The notes under the pieces are model-generated. The model worked only from the letters and a program-made list of their open reading frames with translations, made no database searches and had not been told where the DNA came from. 64,000 nucleotides of DNA, taken from a candidate division FCPU426 bacterium (GTDB lineage Bacteria; Oederibacteriota; PGYV01; Palsa-1178). Below are positions 8,995 through 18,732 of this stretch, piece after piece. Made by a program: the position numbers and the translations under genes. The number at the start of each line of letters is the position of its first letter. Within the stretch, counting starts at the first letter, position 1. The stretch lies in contig CAWIXE010000002.1 in NCBI GenBank assembly GCA_963840035.1, positions 1,024,001 to 1,088,000 on the forward strand, written 5' to 3'.

Positions 8995-10109
8995 TATGCT
9001 TATTCTCCGCTTCCATTTTGAGGTAGGCCTCGACATATACATCCAGGTCGCCGTCTAAAACTTTATCCACATCGCTGCGCTCCAAGTCGGTGCGCAGGTC
9101 TTTTATCATTTTATAAGGGTGCAAAACATAAGAGCGTATCTGGCTGCCCCACGCAATCTCGCGCTTATCACCGGCTATCGACGCAATGTTCTCCTTATGC
9201 TGTTCTTCTTTTATGGCTACCAGTTTGGATTTTAGGACTTTCATGGCTATTGCCCTGTTTTTCATCTGGGAACGGTCTACCTGACAGGCTACAATCACTC
9301 CGGTGGGTATATGGGTTATCCTGATGGCTGATTCGGTCTTGTTCACGTGCTGTCCGCCTGCGCCTGATGACCTGTATGTATCGACTTTCAGGTCTTCCGG
9401 CCTGATATCCACTTCCACGTCTTCTTCTATCTCGGGAATGACCTCCAGCGAGGCAAATGAGGTATGCCTGCGCTTGTTGGAATCAAATGGCGATATCCTG
9501 ACAAGCCTGTGAACGCCCTTTTCCGGCCGGAAACAACCATAGGCGTAGTCGCCTATGACTTCAAAGGTCACATTTTTAATGCCAGCCTCGTCGCCGGGCA
9601 TGGAATCAGTGACATTTACCTCAAAACCTTTCTTTTCACACCACATTACATACATCCGCAGCAGCATCTGCGCCCAGTCACAGGACTCTGTCCCGCCCGC
9701 GCCGGCATGCAGGGTTACTATGGCGTTGCTTCTGTCATATTTTCCGGAAAACATCTGGTTGAATTCTTCGTTATCCACAGCCTTCTTTAATTCCGCAAAT
9801 TTCTTCTGAAGTTCAGCCTCAAGCGACGCGTCTTTCTCGCTTTCAAGGAGTTCAAGCGTCACTTCAACCTCTTCAATTAAAGTGTTTATTTTATTTGTTT
9901 TTGTTATATCGTTATTGATGGCTTTTAACTTTAACTGTACTTCAGCCGCAGCCTTATTGTTGCTCCAGAAATCAGGCTCGGCAGTCATTGTCTCCAGCTT
10001 TATTTTTTCAACTTTCTTGTCTTTAACGTCAAAGATACACCTCTATCTTCGATGCTCTCTGCTTAATATCAGACAATGCTGACCTTATTTCCTTTATTTC
10101 CAGCGCCAT
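8981..10109 (-). CDS. prfB: Peptide chain release factor 2 (programmed +1 frameshift)
   Basis: SPF and GGQ motifs; short ORF from ATG 10109 ends CTT-TGA-C at 10034-10028 and the +1 frame continues DVKDKKVEK into 8981..9988; ~375 aa. Confidence 0.96.
10028..10042 (-). promoter_or_regulatory. prfB ribosomal frameshift site
   Basis: AGGTG-TAT-CTTTGAC: internal SD-like sequence plus slippery site. Confidence 0.92.
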
Positions 10110-10431
10110 CACTACCTCCGGGTTAAATAGTTCATTTTGTTCAAGACAAATGATAATATAGCACAGCCATTTTTGCAAGAAAAATCTGTAAAAAGGCCTA
10201 TTTTCACCTTTTTACCATATCCTTTATATAGATATCTATTATGTTTATTCTTTATTTTAAATCTTTATAAACCGCTTTTGCTCCTTATTTATATGGCATT
10301 TTATTCATTTTAGGCCATTTTCAGTCATAACGTTTCTAAGGTATTCCTCGTTTTATTATACCATTACATTTAAAATTGACATTTATTCTCTATTATGTAA
10401 TAATCAGAAAAACCTTAATTTACAGGAGAAT

Positions 10432-12843
10432 ATGATGCTTGTCAGTTACAATTGGCTCAAAAATTACATTAATTTAACCATCTCCCCTGCGGAACTGGCT
10501 GATAAACTTAATATAGCCGGGCTTCCTGTAGAAGAGATCACAGAGAAGAAGGCACCCTTTACCAATGTAGTCATAGGTAAAGTACTTGCGGTTGAAAAAC
10601 ACCCTCAGGCAGACAATCTTAACCTCTGTGACGTATCAGACGGTACAGAAACCTTAAAGATAGTATGCGGCGCGGCAAATGTCGCCGCCGGACAAACCAT
10701 AGCCCTTGCCAGGATTGGGGCTGTCCTTCCCGGAGATTTCAAGATTAAGAAAGCAAAGATCAGGGGCGTGGAATCCAACGGCATGATTTGTTCCGAGTCT
10801 GAGCTTGGCCTAGCAAAAGAATCATCAGGCATCATGGTCCTGGATGAGAAAAAGTATACTCCCGGACAGCCCTTTGAGCCGGTAAAACCCGACACAATTT
10901 TCAGCCTTGAGATAACCCCGAACAGGCCTGACCTGCTGTGCGTAACCGGCGTCGCCCGTTTTATTTCGTCGCGCCTTGGCATTGATTTTAAGTACCCGTC
11001 ATGCGAAGTATCCCCCGGCAACATTGACCAGTCACTCGACGCCGGCGCTGTGGTTAAAATCGAGAACCTTGACGCGGTACGCTGCCCGAGGTACGCGGCA
11101 AGGGTCATAAAGGGCGTTAAGATATCCGATTCACCTGAGTGGCTAAAGGAAGCCTTAACCGCCGTGGGTGTGCGGCCTATTAATAACGTAGTCGACATCA
11201 CGAATTATATACTCATGGAGATAAACCATCCCCTTCACGCTTTTGACTTGAGCAAGCTCAAGGGAAAAACCATAAAGATAAGGACCGCTGTACACGGCGA
11301 AAAAATTCTCGCCCTTGACACTAAGGAATACCATCCTCACGCTGAGGACCTTGTTATAGCCGATGACAAAGACCCTGTGGCCTTAGCAGGTATCATGGGC
11401 GGCGAACATTACTCCGTAGATTCTTCCACTTCCACGGTCGTCCTCGAGTCAGCCTGTTTCCAGCCTAAGACAGTAAGGAAGACATCACGCCGCCTGGGGG
11501 TATCTTCTGATTCCTCCTACAGGTTTGAGCGCGGTATTAACATAGACAACGTCACGAATGCCTTAAACAGGGCCGTGGAGCTCATCATACAGGTCGCAGG
11601 CGGAAAAGCCTCAAAGAACATCACGGACATTTACCCCTCGCCTGCCGTGCCGAAAGTCATTTCCCTGCGCTTTGCAAGGGTCAATCAAATACTCGACATG
11701 GCGCTTTCAGCGCAGGAAATTAAGGCCCTCATAGAAATGCTTTACTTCCCCATAAACAACGTGTCCGCGGATTCAATGGAAGTAACAATCCCGGGTTACA
11801 GGGTCGATATTTCCGAGGAGATAGACCTTATCGAGGACATCGCCCAGATAATGGGTTATGACAAAATACCGGTAAACCTGCCCGCTTCCCTGATGGGCGT
11901 CAGCCGCGAGTCAGGCATCGCGCTGTTCAAAAAATCGCTATCCAACTCAATGATGTCATGCGGTTTTTCCGAAGTAATAAACTACAGTTTCGTCAACAAC
12001 AAGCTCTTAAAGCAGCTTAAAGCGGAAACCCCTCTTCCCGAAGGAGCGATAGCCCTTAAGAACCCTTTTAATGACGAAGAAACGCATATGAAAACCACGC
12101 TTCTGCCGGACCTTATTAAAAACCTAATCACCAATTACAATAACGAAAATGAGAACATACACATATTTGAGGTCTCTAACTCATTTTTAAAGCACGGCAG
12201 CAGCTACCTCCAGCTGCCGAAGATCGGCGCTGTAACCTATGGCAGCGTCATTAACCAGGCTTTTAACCGCAAGGAATTTACGACTGATTTTTATTACCTG
12301 AAATCGGTCATCGGCTCCCTGTGTCATACTGCGTCGCCCGAAATAGAACCTGTTTATAAAACGGCCCCAGCCGGCAATGATTTTTATGAATATTTCGCGG
12401 AGATATCAATAAACGGCAGGATAATCGGCACGGCCGGCCAGATAAAACAGGACATACTTTATGACAACAAATTCAAATCAAAGGCATTTGCCTTTGAGAT
12501 AGATATTGAAGCCCTTTATTCTTTCATTTCAAAGAACACGTCTTACAGCCATATCGCGCGCTTCCCTTCGGTTAAAAGGGATATTTCAGTGGTTGTAAAA
12601 GACTCGGTGGCCCAGGCCAGCGTTGAGTCGCTTATTACGGCGGATTATAAGGCGCTCATAAAGTCGCTCACCCTTTTTGACTTGTATAAAGGAAGCCAGG
12701 TGCCGGAAGGCTCAAAATCTTTAAGCTACAACATTATCTTCCAGTCTGAAAAAAAGACTCTCTCTGAACAGGATATAAATAAAGCCATGGAACGCATTAT
12801 TGGAAGGTTAAAATCCGAACTTCAGGCTGAATTGAGGTCATAA
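10432..12843 (+). CDS. pheT: Phenylalanine--tRNA ligase beta subunit
   Basis: HPQADNL, IVCGA, ITPNRPD, RPINNVVDITNY, RFERG, C-terminal FDX-ACB domain. Confidence 0.97.
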   Translation: MMLVSYNWLKNYINLTISPAELADKLNIAGLPVEEITEKKAPFTNVVIGKVLAVEKHPQADNLNLCDVSDGTETLKIVCGAANVAAGQTIALARIGAVLPGDFKIKKAKIRGVESNGMICSESELGLAKESSGIMVLDEKKYTPGQPFEPVKPDTIFSLEITPNRPDLLCVTGVARFISSRLGIDFKYPSCEVSPGNIDQSLDAGAVVKIENLDAVRCPRYAARVIKGVKISDSPEWLKEALTAVGVRPINNVVDITNYILMEINHPLHAFDLSKLKGKTIKIRTAVHGEKILALDTKEYHPHAEDLVIADDKDPVALAGIMGGEHYSVDSSTSTVVLESACFQPKTVRKTSRRLGVSSDSSYRFERGINIDNVTNALNRAVELIIQVAGGKASKNITDIYPSPAVPKVISLRFARVNQILDMALSAQEIKALIEMLYFPINNVSADSMEVTIPGYRVDISEEIDLIEDIAQIMGYDKIPVNLPASLMGVSRESGIALFKKSLSNSMMSCGFSEVINYSFVNNKLLKQLKAETPLPEGAIALKNPFNDEETHMKTTLLPDLIKNLITNYNNENENIHIFEVSNSFLKHGSSYLQLPKIGAVTYGSVINQAFNRKEFTTDFYYLKSVIGSLCHTASPEIEPVYKTAPAGNDFYEYFAEISINGRIIGTAGQIKQDILYDNKFKSKAFAFEIDIEALYSFISKNTSYSHIARFPSVKRDISVVVKDSVAQASVESLITADYKALIKSLTLFDLYKGSQVPEGSKSLSYNIIFQSEKKTLSEQDINKAMERIIGRLKSELQAELRS

Positions 12844-13116
12844 ATGCCGCTTATCGCCCTTGACATACTCGACAACAAGATAAAAGAGCTGCTTATCATC
12901 ATCAGCCACCTTAAGGATGAGAACACCGCCTTAAAGGCCAAAATAAACGAAAACAGGCCTGCATCCTCCTCTTCTGTCAATGTATCTCCGGAGCTTATGT
13001 ATGAACTTGAGAACATGAAAAAGACGGTCATAAAATATAAAAATGACAGGAACCAGCTTTATTCAAAACTTGCCGGCATCTTAAGGCAGGTTGATGAAAT
13101 AATAAACAGGGAGTAA
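12844..13116 (+). CDS. Small coiled-coil protein, ZapB-like by context
   Basis: LDNKIKELLIIISHLKDENTALK; lies between pheT and zapA. Confidence 0.6.
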   Translation: MPLIALDILDNKIKELLIIISHLKDENTALKAKINENRPASSSSVNVSPELMYELENMKKTVIKYKNDRNQLYSKLAGILRQVDEIINRE

Positions 13117-13117
13117 C

Positions 13118-13555
13118 ATGGAAAAATCAGTCATAACAGTAAACATATTCGGGAATGAATACACGATCAAAGGCGTGGCGCGTCCCGACTATATTATCTC
13201 CCTTGCCAACTACCTCAATAATAAAATGACCGAAGTACAGGAAGCAACGGGCCTAAAGGACGCGAAGAAAATAGCTATTTTAGCAGCCATTAACATATCA
13301 GACGAGTTGTTCGAAGCTAAACGCGCAATGAAAGAAGGGTTTGTCCCTAATGACCAGCTTGCGGCCATAAGGAATAAGGTAGAGGGATTAATCGCCACCA
13401 TAGACCGTGAACTTCCATCGGGAATTGATATATCATCTGAAGTTCCGGCTCAGGGCGCGGGAAATACAGCTTCCCAGGCGCCTGCCGCTGACGAAGCCAT
13501 TAAAGAAGACATCACACCCCCGGATAATCCGTCCCTACCGCCAAAAACCGAATAA
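13118..13555 (+). CDS. zapA: Cell division protein ZapA with low-complexity C-terminal tail
   Basis: VNIFGNEYTIK...KIAILAAINISDELF. Confidence 0.88.
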   Translation: MEKSVITVNIFGNEYTIKGVARPDYIISLANYLNNKMTEVQEATGLKDAKKIAILAAINISDELFEAKRAMKEGFVPNDQLAAIRNKVEGLIATIDRELPSGIDISSEVPAQGAGNTASQAPAADEAIKEDITPPDNPSLPPKTE

Positions 13556-13566
13556 GCTCCCGGATT

Positions 13567-14757
13567 CTAATAAGTTCCGTTGCTGTCCGTTTTAACAAAA
13601 TATATGTTATATGAATTTTCGCCTGAAGGATTCTTTACCCATCCTGTTACCGCAATTCCGAAGTCCTTAGAGAGCGCGATACCTCCGAGATAATCGTCCA
13701 TTTTGGTCCCGAAATTCCGGCTCCACAAAGGCGTGCCTGAACTGTCAGTCTTTATAATATACAGGTCGCTGCTGCCCTGGGTAAAGGATTCGCTAGTGGA
13801 ACCTATTACATAGCCGCCTTTACCGTCGCTAATCACAGACTCACCGAATTCATTCAGCATGTCGCCGTACGTCCTGGCCCATACACAATCCCCTTCGGCG
13901 TCGGTTTTAACCAAGTATATGTCATTATTTTCAGCGGTTGAAACATATGTAGTGCCGCATATCAAATAACCGCGGTCGTCAGTTTGTATTATCTTGGCAG
14001 CGCTGTCATCTAAATTTCCGCCATACGCTCTCGTCCACACCGTATTTCCGCTTAAATCAAATTTTACGATTGCGGCATCAGTTTTTTCTTTTACATTTTT
14101 TACGGCTTCGCCTGAGACAACATATCCCCCGTCAATGCCCGCAATTATGCATTTTGCCTTGAATGAATGAAAACCAGCATCCGTCACTTTCGTCCACACG
14201 CTGTTTCCGTCCTGATCTATCTTTATCAGCATGCATGAATACCGATTTGATTTAAGGGGGTCATGCGCTGAACCCGCAATTATAAAACCTCCGTCAGAAG
14301 TTTCCATGATGGCAGACGCCTCTTCATTCTCCGCGGTACCGTATGTCCTCAGGAACTTTATATTCCCTTTTTTGTCCGTTCTGACAGCTAAAAAATCAGC
14401 AAGGCCGGCGCCGTATGATGTAGTTGCCCCGGCCATGACAAAATCACCGTTTGAAGCGATTACTACAGAATAGAACCGATCATCCCCAGCTCCGCCAAAA
14501 TAATTGTCCCATTGCTTTTTTCCATGACTGTCAAGTTTAAGCAAGTATGCGTCCACATAACCGGCGCCAGCGGCAGTGGACATGCCGGCAATGACATAAC
14601 CGTTATCATCAGTTGCTTTTATATCCCGCGCGCTGTTATATTTTACGCCGGTAATAACAGCGGGTTTTATACGCGAAGGCGGCAATACTGACAGCACGGC
14701 GGCAAATATTCCGGATAAAATAATTACAATAAATATTATAACTGCCATTTTTTTCAT
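13567..14757 (-). CDS. Exported beta-propeller-like repeat protein
   Basis: About seven ~50-aa repeats (T-x-DGGY/F...KTD-x-x-G...W-x-R-x-Y/FG) after an N-terminal hydrophobic anchor. Confidence 0.8.
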   Translation of the reverse strand: MKKMAVIIFIVIILSGIFAAVLSVLPPSRIKPAVITGVKYNSARDIKATDDNGYVIAGMSTAAGAGYVDAYLLKLDSHGKKQWDNYFGGAGDDRFYSVVIASNGDFVMAGATTSYGAGLADFLAVRTDKKGNIKFLRTYGTAENEEASAIMETSDGGFIIAGSAHDPLKSNRYSCMLIKIDQDGNSVWTKVTDAGFHSFKAKCIIAGIDGGYVVSGEAVKNVKEKTDAAIVKFDLSGNTVWTRAYGGNLDDSAAKIIQTDDRGYLICGTTYVSTAENNDIYLVKTDAEGDCVWARTYGDMLNEFGESVISDGKGGYVIGSTSESFTQGSSDLYIIKTDSSGTPLWSRNFGTKMDDYLGGIALSKDFGIAVTGWVKNPSGENSYNIYFVKTDSNGTY

Positions 14758-14772
14758 ATTATTCTCCGATTG

Positions 14773-15072
14773 TTAAAGGATTTTACTGGCTTTATTATTG
14801 GATTTATAGACAAACACGAGCACTTCCGCTATGAGTTTGTATAGTTCGGGCGGTATTTCCTGGCCTAAATCAAGCTTCGAAAGCACTTCAATAAGGTCCG
14901 GGTCTTCGTGCATCGGTATGTTATGTTTCCTGGCGAGCTCGATTATCTTATCCGCCATTACCCCTTTACCTTTGGCTACTATTTTAGGGGCCGAATCCGT
15001 ATTTTTATCATAATGTATGGCAAGCGCCTGTTTCTTTTTCTGTGGAAGGTTTGGGCTCAGCTTTTCATCCAT
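14773..15072 (-). CDS. FlhB cytoplasmic C-terminal homologue (EscU/YscU/HrcU family, YlqH/FlhX-like)
   Basis: ALAIHYD...APKIVAKGKG...EIPPELYKLIAEVL; no TM domain, no NPTH. Confidence 0.9.
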   Translation of the reverse strand: MDEKLSPNLPQKKKQALAIHYDKNTDSAPKIVAKGKGVMADKIIELARKHNIPMHEDPDLIEVLSKLDLGQEIPPELYKLIAEVLVFVYKSNNKASKIL

Positions 15073-15074
15073 TA

Positions 15075-17714
15075 TTATGCCTGAAGGTTGATCCTGCCGA
15101 CATTTACATAACCTTCACCCGAGGAAGGCGAAGAACCGGCTTTTTCGCTGTCTATTAGTATCTGAAATGCCTTCATATTAAAATTAACAGTATTTAAGCC
15201 TTCCATGAAGTCGTTTTTGCCCCTCATAAGCGCCTGCTTTGCCTTTTCGCTTGCTATGTTTACCGTGCATTCGACGTCGTTCTTATGGATCGTCATGCTT
15301 ATCTTCACGCTGCCCAGGTTGGATGTATTTAGCATGAAGACAATATTTACAGGCATTGATTTTTCAAAACTGTCTTTTACTCCGCCTTTCCTGAACCACA
15401 CCTGGACTTCACCGTTAAAGAGTTTGTTGCTTAAGAATACGGGAAGCTGCGCGTATATCATCTCAAATGCAGCGGGTTTCTGGTTTATAAACTGCAGCGC
15501 GTTCATGTTTGTGAGTATGTCCGTTGCAGCGTCCTTTATCTGGCGTATTGATTCCTTGTGGGCGGGGCTTAGCTTGTATGAATCCATATTTTCGGTGACC
15601 GAGCCCAGCTTAATCAGCGCCGACTTAAGGTTGTCTTTCATGCCCGCAATGTCCGTTGCGAGCCTTGCGGCCGCCTGATTGTTATCCTTTACTATTGACT
15701 CATTTTTCAGGACAGCGTCCTTTAGTTTGTTCTCAATATTTAGCCCGCTTGATTCCATAAAACTCTTCAACTGCTGTTCTATAACCTGCTGTTTTAAGTT
15801 AGTATCCTCCGGGTTTATGACTACCTGGCGGATGGCGGTTTTTACGGCTTCAGCAGCGTTATACAATGCCGCGATATAAGGGGCATCCTCTTTTGGCAGG
15901 GCGTTTGACTGTTTAAGGCCGTCAAAACGGTTGATGGCATTGGATAGTTTCTCCAGTCCCTGGTTTAATTTCATGTCATCCTTAAAATATTTTCCCATGG
16001 TATCTATGAATTTGTCATTGCCTGTCGATATATCCCTGGATTTAAGAAACGTCAGCGACTCCACCGTCGATTCGACATCAAATTCCGCGTTGGCAGCCGT
16101 GATCTTTAAAGCCTGGCTTTCCGCAACCCGGGGTTTAATTACGCTGAGCAGCTCGCTTTTCGCCATAAAATCTTTCATAACTGACTGAAATTTTAAATAA
16201 TCTTTGGGCGCTATCATTGTTTCTTCAGGATTATTCGTTATGCCTGTTTTTTGGATCAACTGGGTTATGTTGTCCGCCGCCTTATTTATCTCAGACCTGA
16301 AATTGTTTATCTGGCCCTGGGTTATAACCGATTTATCAACTGATTTATCAAGCCCTTCGCTTAACATCGTTATCCCGACATTTAACTTTGTTATGGCGGC
16401 GGCTATATCCTTAACGTTCTGGGGGAGGTTTGTTTCTCCGGGAGTTAACACATTCCTTTTTAATTCGGCGAATGAATCCCTGATTCCGGTTATTATCTGT
16501 TTCGCCTGCTGGTTTACCGCGTCAAAAATATCCGCTTTCTGATTTATGCCGTCAGGAGCCTTAAGGGCCAAAGCCTGGCTCCCAAGAAGTTTATTTACAA
16601 AAACGTCCCTTAAGGCATTCGCGGCAGTATTTTCAGAAGCCTGCCCCGTTGACGGGGATGTTATAAACGCCTCCATGTCCGCCTTTAAGCTGCCAAAGGT
16701 TATTTCCAGGTCATTGTTAGGAGACATTGTCATCCTGATGTTTGCTGAATTTATAACGGCAGGCTGCCCGGTGGATACGGCCGCGATCATAACTTTAGCG
16801 TCAGCTGACGATATAAGCCCGTTCTTGACGGAATCATAAACAGCGTTTTCCATAATCTGCTTTGACGCGTTTTTAATTGTTACTGTTACACCGCCCTGAT
16901 TTGCCGCCACATTTATATCCCTGACCTGGCTGGAAACGCCGGCCAGCGTATTTATGATGTTTGTAAATTTTATCGCGGTGCCGGTCTTATCTCCGGATGG
17001 CTGCGCAAGTGAGACGGCCTGCGCGGGCTGTTTTAGAGATTCCGGCGTATTTGCCGCAGCGGTTTCAAGCGCCTGAAAAGGCTGCGATATCTGAGCGGCT
17101 TCAATGGCGCTTTTGGCTGCATTTGCGGCTTCGGCGCTGAGTTTTATCATCCCTGAAACAAATACTTCTTTGGCCACGGGAAGGGTCTCAATATTCAACG
17201 CCCTGATATCTATACCTTTTGCGTCCATGTAGCGTATCAGGCTCTGGTTAATATCCGCCATGTTCTGGGCTGTCACAGGCAGGTGATAGTCCATAAGTTT
17301 CTGGGCGATAAAAATATTTTGTTCATTGACAGGCACTTTGATATTTGTCAGCGTCTGCATAATCTGGCTTAATGAAACCTGCTGTCCCTGGAGTTGCGGG
17401 ATATCCGCGCCTTTTCCTATATCAGCGGCAGGATTGGGTATTAGTTTCATCATGATCTGATTATTTATCTGCGATACTTCCACATTAATTATGTCGCCCT
17501 TCTGGACGCCCATACCCTGCGGAAGCTGAGATATTATGTTATACCCTTTAAAGTTTATAATGGCTTTATTTTCTCCGGGAATAATGTCAACCACCCTGCC
17601 TTTTAGGGTATCTCCGGGGTTTAATGTGGCGATAAAATCCCTTATGTCCTTATCAGCCGCGTTCAAAAGCTGGAATAAATTTTGATTTACGCTTTGTACC
17701 GACATTTTTTCCAC
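15075..17714 (-). CDS. Large FliK-like protein with hook-length-control C-terminal domain (YlqG-like)
   Basis: 879 aa; N-terminal LNPGDTLKGRV; C-terminal YAQLP...LNTSNLGSVKI...INLQA; adjacent to the FlhB-C homologue. Confidence 0.7.
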   Translation of the reverse strand: MEKMSVQSVNQNLFQLLNAADKDIRDFIATLNPGDTLKGRVVDIIPGENKAIINFKGYNIISQLPQGMGVQKGDIINVEVSQINNQIMMKLIPNPAADIGKGADIPQLQGQQVSLSQIMQTLTNIKVPVNEQNIFIAQKLMDYHLPVTAQNMADINQSLIRYMDAKGIDIRALNIETLPVAKEVFVSGMIKLSAEAANAAKSAIEAAQISQPFQALETAAANTPESLKQPAQAVSLAQPSGDKTGTAIKFTNIINTLAGVSSQVRDINVAANQGGVTVTIKNASKQIMENAVYDSVKNGLISSADAKVMIAAVSTGQPAVINSANIRMTMSPNNDLEITFGSLKADMEAFITSPSTGQASENTAANALRDVFVNKLLGSQALALKAPDGINQKADIFDAVNQQAKQIITGIRDSFAELKRNVLTPGETNLPQNVKDIAAAITKLNVGITMLSEGLDKSVDKSVITQGQINNFRSEINKAADNITQLIQKTGITNNPEETMIAPKDYLKFQSVMKDFMAKSELLSVIKPRVAESQALKITAANAEFDVESTVESLTFLKSRDISTGNDKFIDTMGKYFKDDMKLNQGLEKLSNAINRFDGLKQSNALPKEDAPYIAALYNAAEAVKTAIRQVVINPEDTNLKQQVIEQQLKSFMESSGLNIENKLKDAVLKNESIVKDNNQAAARLATDIAGMKDNLKSALIKLGSVTENMDSYKLSPAHKESIRQIKDAATDILTNMNALQFINQKPAAFEMIYAQLPVFLSNKLFNGEVQVWFRKGGVKDSFEKSMPVNIVFMLNTSNLGSVKISMTIHKNDVECTVNIASEKAKQALMRGKNDFMEGLNTVNFNMKAFQILIDSEKAGSSPSSGEGYVNVGRINLQA

Positions 17715-17736
17715 CTTTGTTCTTTATTTATATAAT

Positions 17737-17763
17737 ATATCGGAAATCCGCTGAAAATCTTTA
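17737..17763 (-). promoter_or_regulatory. Sigma-28 promoter TAAA-N15-TCCGATAT
   Basis: Canonical spacing, 22 nt upstream of the GTG at 17714. Confidence 0.75.
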
Positions 17764-17770
17764 GCGCAAA

Positions 17771-18376
17771 TTAACGCTTAATATTGCGTATTAACTGTAT
17801 TTCGCCCCTTGTAAGGCCGGTTACTTTGGCAATTTCATCCACGGATAGGCCGTTATTTAAAAGGGTATTTATATGCTGGTATTTATCCCTTCCTGCAGCC
17901 TTAAAATCCTTATCCATTACAGGCGCTTCAGCGTTATCTTCCAGGCCGTTAACAACAAGCCTGGACACGGCCGGCGTGTCCTTAACATCCTGTGTGTTAT
18001 CGCCTTCCAGGCTGTCTGATTTTTCGGCAGCGGGTATCTCGGATGGTGTATCATGTATGGCCTCTTTATATTCAGCCTGCCTTCTCAGCTGGTTTCTTTC
18101 CATGAGGTACTTCATCTCATTTATGCGCTCGGTAGCCGCTTTCATGGTCTGCTCAACAGATTTTTTCACTTCCTCCATCGCTATAATCCTTGTATTCGCG
18201 ATCACGCTAAGCTCATCAATAAGCGATTTGAGATTTTGCTGGAATTCTATGAGGTCAATGCCTTCAAGTTCGGACATGGGGCCTGATTCGCGGGGTTTAT
18301 TAAGTTTGATAAGAAGAAAAACAACAACAGCTATGAGAATTAAATTTAGGACAACCAGTGTTATGAACATATCCAT
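17771..18376 (-). CDS. Flagellar-operon membrane-anchored coiled-coil protein with C-terminal HTH-like motif (SwrB/YlxL/DUF6115-like)
   Basis: N-terminal TM; GLSVDEIAKVTGLTRGEIQLI; located after fliA-fapA. Confidence 0.65.
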   Translation of the reverse strand: MDMFITLVVLNLILIAVVVFLLIKLNKPRESGPMSELEGIDLIEFQQNLKSLIDELSVIANTRIIAMEEVKKSVEQTMKAATERINEMKYLMERNQLRRQAEYKEAIHDTPSEIPAAEKSDSLEGDNTQDVKDTPAVSRLVVNGLEDNAEAPVMDKDFKAAGRDKYQHINTLLNNGLSVDEIAKVTGLTRGEIQLIRNIKR

Positions 18377-18379
18377 CCT

Positions 18380-18700
18380 TTACGCTTTAATGTCGATTAT
18401 GTAGCCTTCGCCGGGGGATTTAACATCAGTTTCCGGTTTCCGGGAAACGTCAGCCTGCGCCTTTTTTAGGGGCTGTTTTTCTTTCTTAAGCTGTTTTCCG
18501 CGCCGGCCTTCTTCGCTTAAGGCTTTTGACGCGTGTTCTTCCTCGGCTTTCTGGGCCTGGGTAAGTTTAATATTCGCCTGCTCATTTATCTGCATGGCAT
18601 TTTGAGATTGGGCCAGTTGGCCCTGGTTTTGGTTTAAATTATGGAACTTATCCGCGGTGTTTAATGCGCTTATAGCCACCTGTACGTCATGCAGTCTCAT
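18380..18700 (-). CDS. Hypothetical flagellar-operon protein
   Basis: 106 aa, Q-rich, ends G-x-x-IDIKA; follows fapA. Confidence 0.65.
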   Translation of the reverse strand: MRLHDVQVAISALNTADKFHNLNQNQGQLAQSQNAMQINEQANIKLTQAQKAEEEHASKALSEEGRRGKQLKKEKQPLKKAQADVSRKPETDVKSPGEGYIIDIKA

Positions 18701-18732
18701 GGGCGCATCATCTCCTTCAGATATATTACGGG

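Noticed and set aside
13556..13566. 6S RNA, often found after zapA
   Set aside because: Only 11 bp separate zapA from the convergent gene
15205..16839. Run of plus-strand ORFs opposite the 879-aa gene, and similar ones opposite flhA, fliM, fliG, MCP and others
   Set aside because: Antisense shadows of well-supported genes, with no RBS or recognisable motifs
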